A stretch of 64,000 bases of DNA from an uncultured Flavobacteriales bacterium (lineage in GTDB: Bacteria; Bacteroidota; Bacteroidia; Flavobacteriales; TMED113), in contig CAYSYA010000002.1 in NCBI GenBank assembly GCA_964435285.1, forward strand, positions 38,900-102,899, in the 5' to 3' direction. Positions 62,065 through 64,000 of the stretch are shown here, one piece after another. The position numbers and the translations under genes were made by a program. Position 1 is the first letter of the stretch. The number at the start of each line of letters is the position of its first letter. The notes below the pieces were generated by a model that worked only from the letters and a program-made list of their open reading frames with translations, was not told the DNA's origin and made no database searches.

Positions 62065-64000
62065 TTGATTATTAGACAAAATATAAAAAAAATTGTTTTT
62101 TTGCTTATTGTACTATTTAGTATTTTAACAACTCTATTTGGGATAATTAATTCGTCTTTATTTCAAAAAAAAATATTTAATTTATTTTCTAAAAATATAA
62201 ACGAAAATCACTCTATTTTATTAGAGTCAAATAATTTTTACTACAATATTTTTTCTAATAAAATTTCTTGCAATTTTTTAATATTAGATCATTTTCAAAA
62301 TCCAATGATAAATATTCCTAATATTTCAATTGGTTTTAATAATAACATCATTTTTTCAAAATCTGATATAAAAATTAATAATGTTAATATTGAAAACGTA
62401 GATTTTTTCATTAATAAATATGAATCAGATTCTATTACTAATTTTGAATTATTCATAAATAAGATTTCAAATGAAAATTCTACTAATTTAGACTCACTTT
62501 ATATTGAAAATATTAATTTATCTATTTCTAATTTTATCTTCCAGAATCAATTGGATACTATTAAATTTAATGATTTTTCTTTTGATTTAAATAAAATTAA
62601 TTACTCTAATAATAATGGTTGCAATATTGAAAATATTTTTTTTCAGAAAAATAATTCGTTTTTTGCTTCTTCTTTAAACCAAGATAAATCAAAAAGCAAA
62701 TTTTTCGTAGATATTATTGATAGTAAGTTTTACTTAAAAGATTTTATTAATCAAAAATTTAATAATAATGAATTCATCAATTTTTCCTCAATCCTTTCAT
62801 TTAATAAAAATATTTTTAGTTTAGAAAATCTTAATATAAATTACAATCATTCATTTTTGAATGGTATTTTCTCTTATGATAGTAGTCTAGATTTATATTT
62901 TCTTCAGATAAATAATTCAATTATTAAAAAACAAGATCTTTTATCATTTTCAATGAAGAATAAAATAGATTTCCCTTCTATATTACTTGATTTAGGAGAT
63001 ATTAAATATATAGGAAAAACTGTATTATATAATAGAAATTTAGATATCGAAAGTAATATAAATTCAGATTACGGTTTCTCTAATCTTAATTTAAAATTTC
63101 ACTTCCCCGACAGTTTAAATAATCCATCTTTTGTTGGAACTATTGATTTTAACAAATTTAATTTAGGGAGCTTACTTAATTTTAAAAATTTAGGCGAAGT
63201 TAATTTTAAGACTAAAATTAATGGTTCAGGTTTAGATAAGGATAACTTCTTTGCAAATATAAGCTTTCAAGAAGCCAAAATATTTTTTGATAATTATTAT
63301 TATAATAATTTTTCATTAAATGCAGATTTAAGTTACAATTTACTTAGAGGGGATTTAAGGATTAATGACAGGAACTGTAAAGTTCAATTAAATGGCGAAT
63401 TAGATTTTTCAGACAACAATAAAATAATTAATGTTTCTTCAAAAGTAAAAAAAATCAATTTAGATAAAATTAAATTTTTAACAGGTCAACCTATCAAACA
63501 ATTTTCTGGAAATATTACTGCAAATTTAAAGGGAAATTCAATTGATAATTTAATTGGTTCAATAGAAGCTAATAAATTATCTTACTATAGAGGAAAAAAA
63601 TACAATTTAAATAATTTAAAGATTGATTTTAATAATTCATCAATTAATAAGTCTTTATTGTTTAAATCTGATATAGGTTCTGCATTTCTTACAGGAGATT
63701 TTAAATATTTAGATTTAAATAAAGATTTTAAGAATGTATTTTTATCTTTTTTAAAGAACGAAAAAAAAATATTCAAAAGTGATTATAATTTAGATTTAGA
63801 TTTAGATTTTAATAATTCATCCTTTCTCACAGACTTTTTTTTAGATAATTTTTCTCTTGAAAAGTTTAATTTAAAAATAAATAAAAAGAAATTAAGCTCT
63901 AATTTATTTATAATGGGAGATTTAGAGAGTTTGTCTTTTAATAATAAATTTTTTGATAATTTAAATTTTGATTTAGAGATTAATAATCATGATAAATTAA
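62065..64000 (+). CDS. tamB: Large envelope protein, TamB/AsmA-like (N-terminal 645 codons; continues beyond right window edge)
   Basis: I read this frame codon by codon from 62065 to 64000 and found no stop; an in-frame TAA sits at 62059-62061. The N-terminal TM segment (IVFLLIVLFSILTTLFGII) lies upstream of the first ATG (62305), so the TTG at 62065 is the likely start. The rest is long, Asn-rich and beta-repeat-like. It sits divergent to tsaD, as I recall for flavobacterial tamB. It is absent from the ORF track because no stop lies in the window. Confidence 0.6.
   Translation, partial: MIIRQNIKKIVFLLIVLFSILTTLFGIINSSLFQKKIFNLFSKNINENHSILLESNNFYYNIFSNKISCNFLILDHFQNPMINIPNISIGFNNNIIFSKSDIKINNVNIENVDFFINKYESDSITNFELFINKISNENSTNLDSLYIENINLSISNFIFQNQLDTIKFNDFSFDLNKINYSNNNGCNIENIFFQKNNSFFASSLNQDKSKSKFFVDIIDSKFYLKDFINQKFNNNEFINFSSILSFNKNIFSLENLNINYNHSFLNGIFSYDSSLDLYFLQINNSIIKKQDLLSFSMKNKIDFPSILLDLGDIKYIGKTVLYNRNLDIESNINSDYGFSNLNLKFHFPDSLNNPSFVGTIDFNKFNLGSLLNFKNLGEVNFKTKINGSGLDKDNFFANISFQEAKIFFDNYYYNNFSLNADLSYNLLRGDLRINDRNCKVQLNGELDFSDNNKIINVSSKVKKINLDKIKFLTGQPIKQFSGNITANLKGNSIDNLIGSIEANKLSYYRGKKYNLNNLKIDFNNSSINKSLLFKSDIGSAFLTGDFKYLDLNKDFKNVFLSFLKNEKKIFKSDYNLDLDLDFNNSSFLTDFFLDNFSLEKFNLKINKKKLSSNLFIMGDLESLSFNNKFFDNLNFDLEINNHDKL

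Noticed and set aside
63781-63815. Short tandem TTAGAT x3 and other Asn/Asp/Leu codon repeats near the right edge; considered as a repeat array
   Set aside because: They are in frame within the TamB-like ORF (LDLDLD) and only 18 bp long. There is no spacer/repeat architecture, so this is not CRISPR-like.
1-64000. Search for defence systems, CRISPR arrays, transposases/integrases, prophage genes, tRNA/rRNA genes and toxin-antitoxin pairs
   Set aside because: Every gap larger than 60 bp was read, and all long ORFs have housekeeping or envelope assignments. I saw no repeat-spacer arrays, recombinase motifs, tRNA-like cloverleaf candidates or compositional islands. This is a visual scan and could miss short or degenerate elements.

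Overview
This is an AT-rich (by eye about 30% GC or lower, not computed) and very compact chromosomal segment. I assign it to Bacteroidota, probably a streamlined Flavobacteriia-like organism, on gene content: a PorP/SprF T9SS protein, a T9SS type-B (CHU_C) sorting domain, a fused 2-oxoacid dehydrogenase E1 alpha/beta, a ~480-aa GAPDH, Bacteroidetes-style ParE/ParC, and TAnnTTTG promoter motifs. I call 56 protein-coding genes and one RNA gene (RNase P RNA, rnpB). Two of the coding genes are missing from the supplied ORF track because they run off the window edges: uvrB on the left and a TamB-like gene on the right. By my coordinates only about 1.6 kb (about 2.5%) lies outside genes. Many neighbours overlap, including six convergent pairs that overlap at their 3' ends. 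I saw no rRNA, tRNA, CRISPR array, transposase, integrase, prophage or recognisable defence genes, and no obvious horizontally acquired island. Content is mostly housekeeping: DNA repair and topology, aromatic amino acid, C1/glycine/serine and histidine/tyrosine catabolism, peptidoglycan and outer-membrane biogenesis, and the stringent response. No clear-cut novel system stands out. The best candidates for poorly described biology are: (1) a translationally coupled envelope cluster, MlaD-like, then a membrane Fe-S protein, a small HAD-like protein, a CCG-domain protein and an unknown protein, resembling a split HdrED/DsrMK-type oxidoreductase; (2) a 7x CxxCH multiheme cytochrome-TPR lipoprotein embedded in a cell-wall operon; (3) a phosphosulfolactate synthase - rhodanese - DUF368 operon with the matching phosphatase 11 kb away. 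Smaller oddities are also reported: rnpB abutting an Smr gene, a G9 tract in ftcD, a 342-bp AT-rich gap, and back-to-back start codons. All functional calls rest on my own reading of motifs in the translations; no database search was possible.
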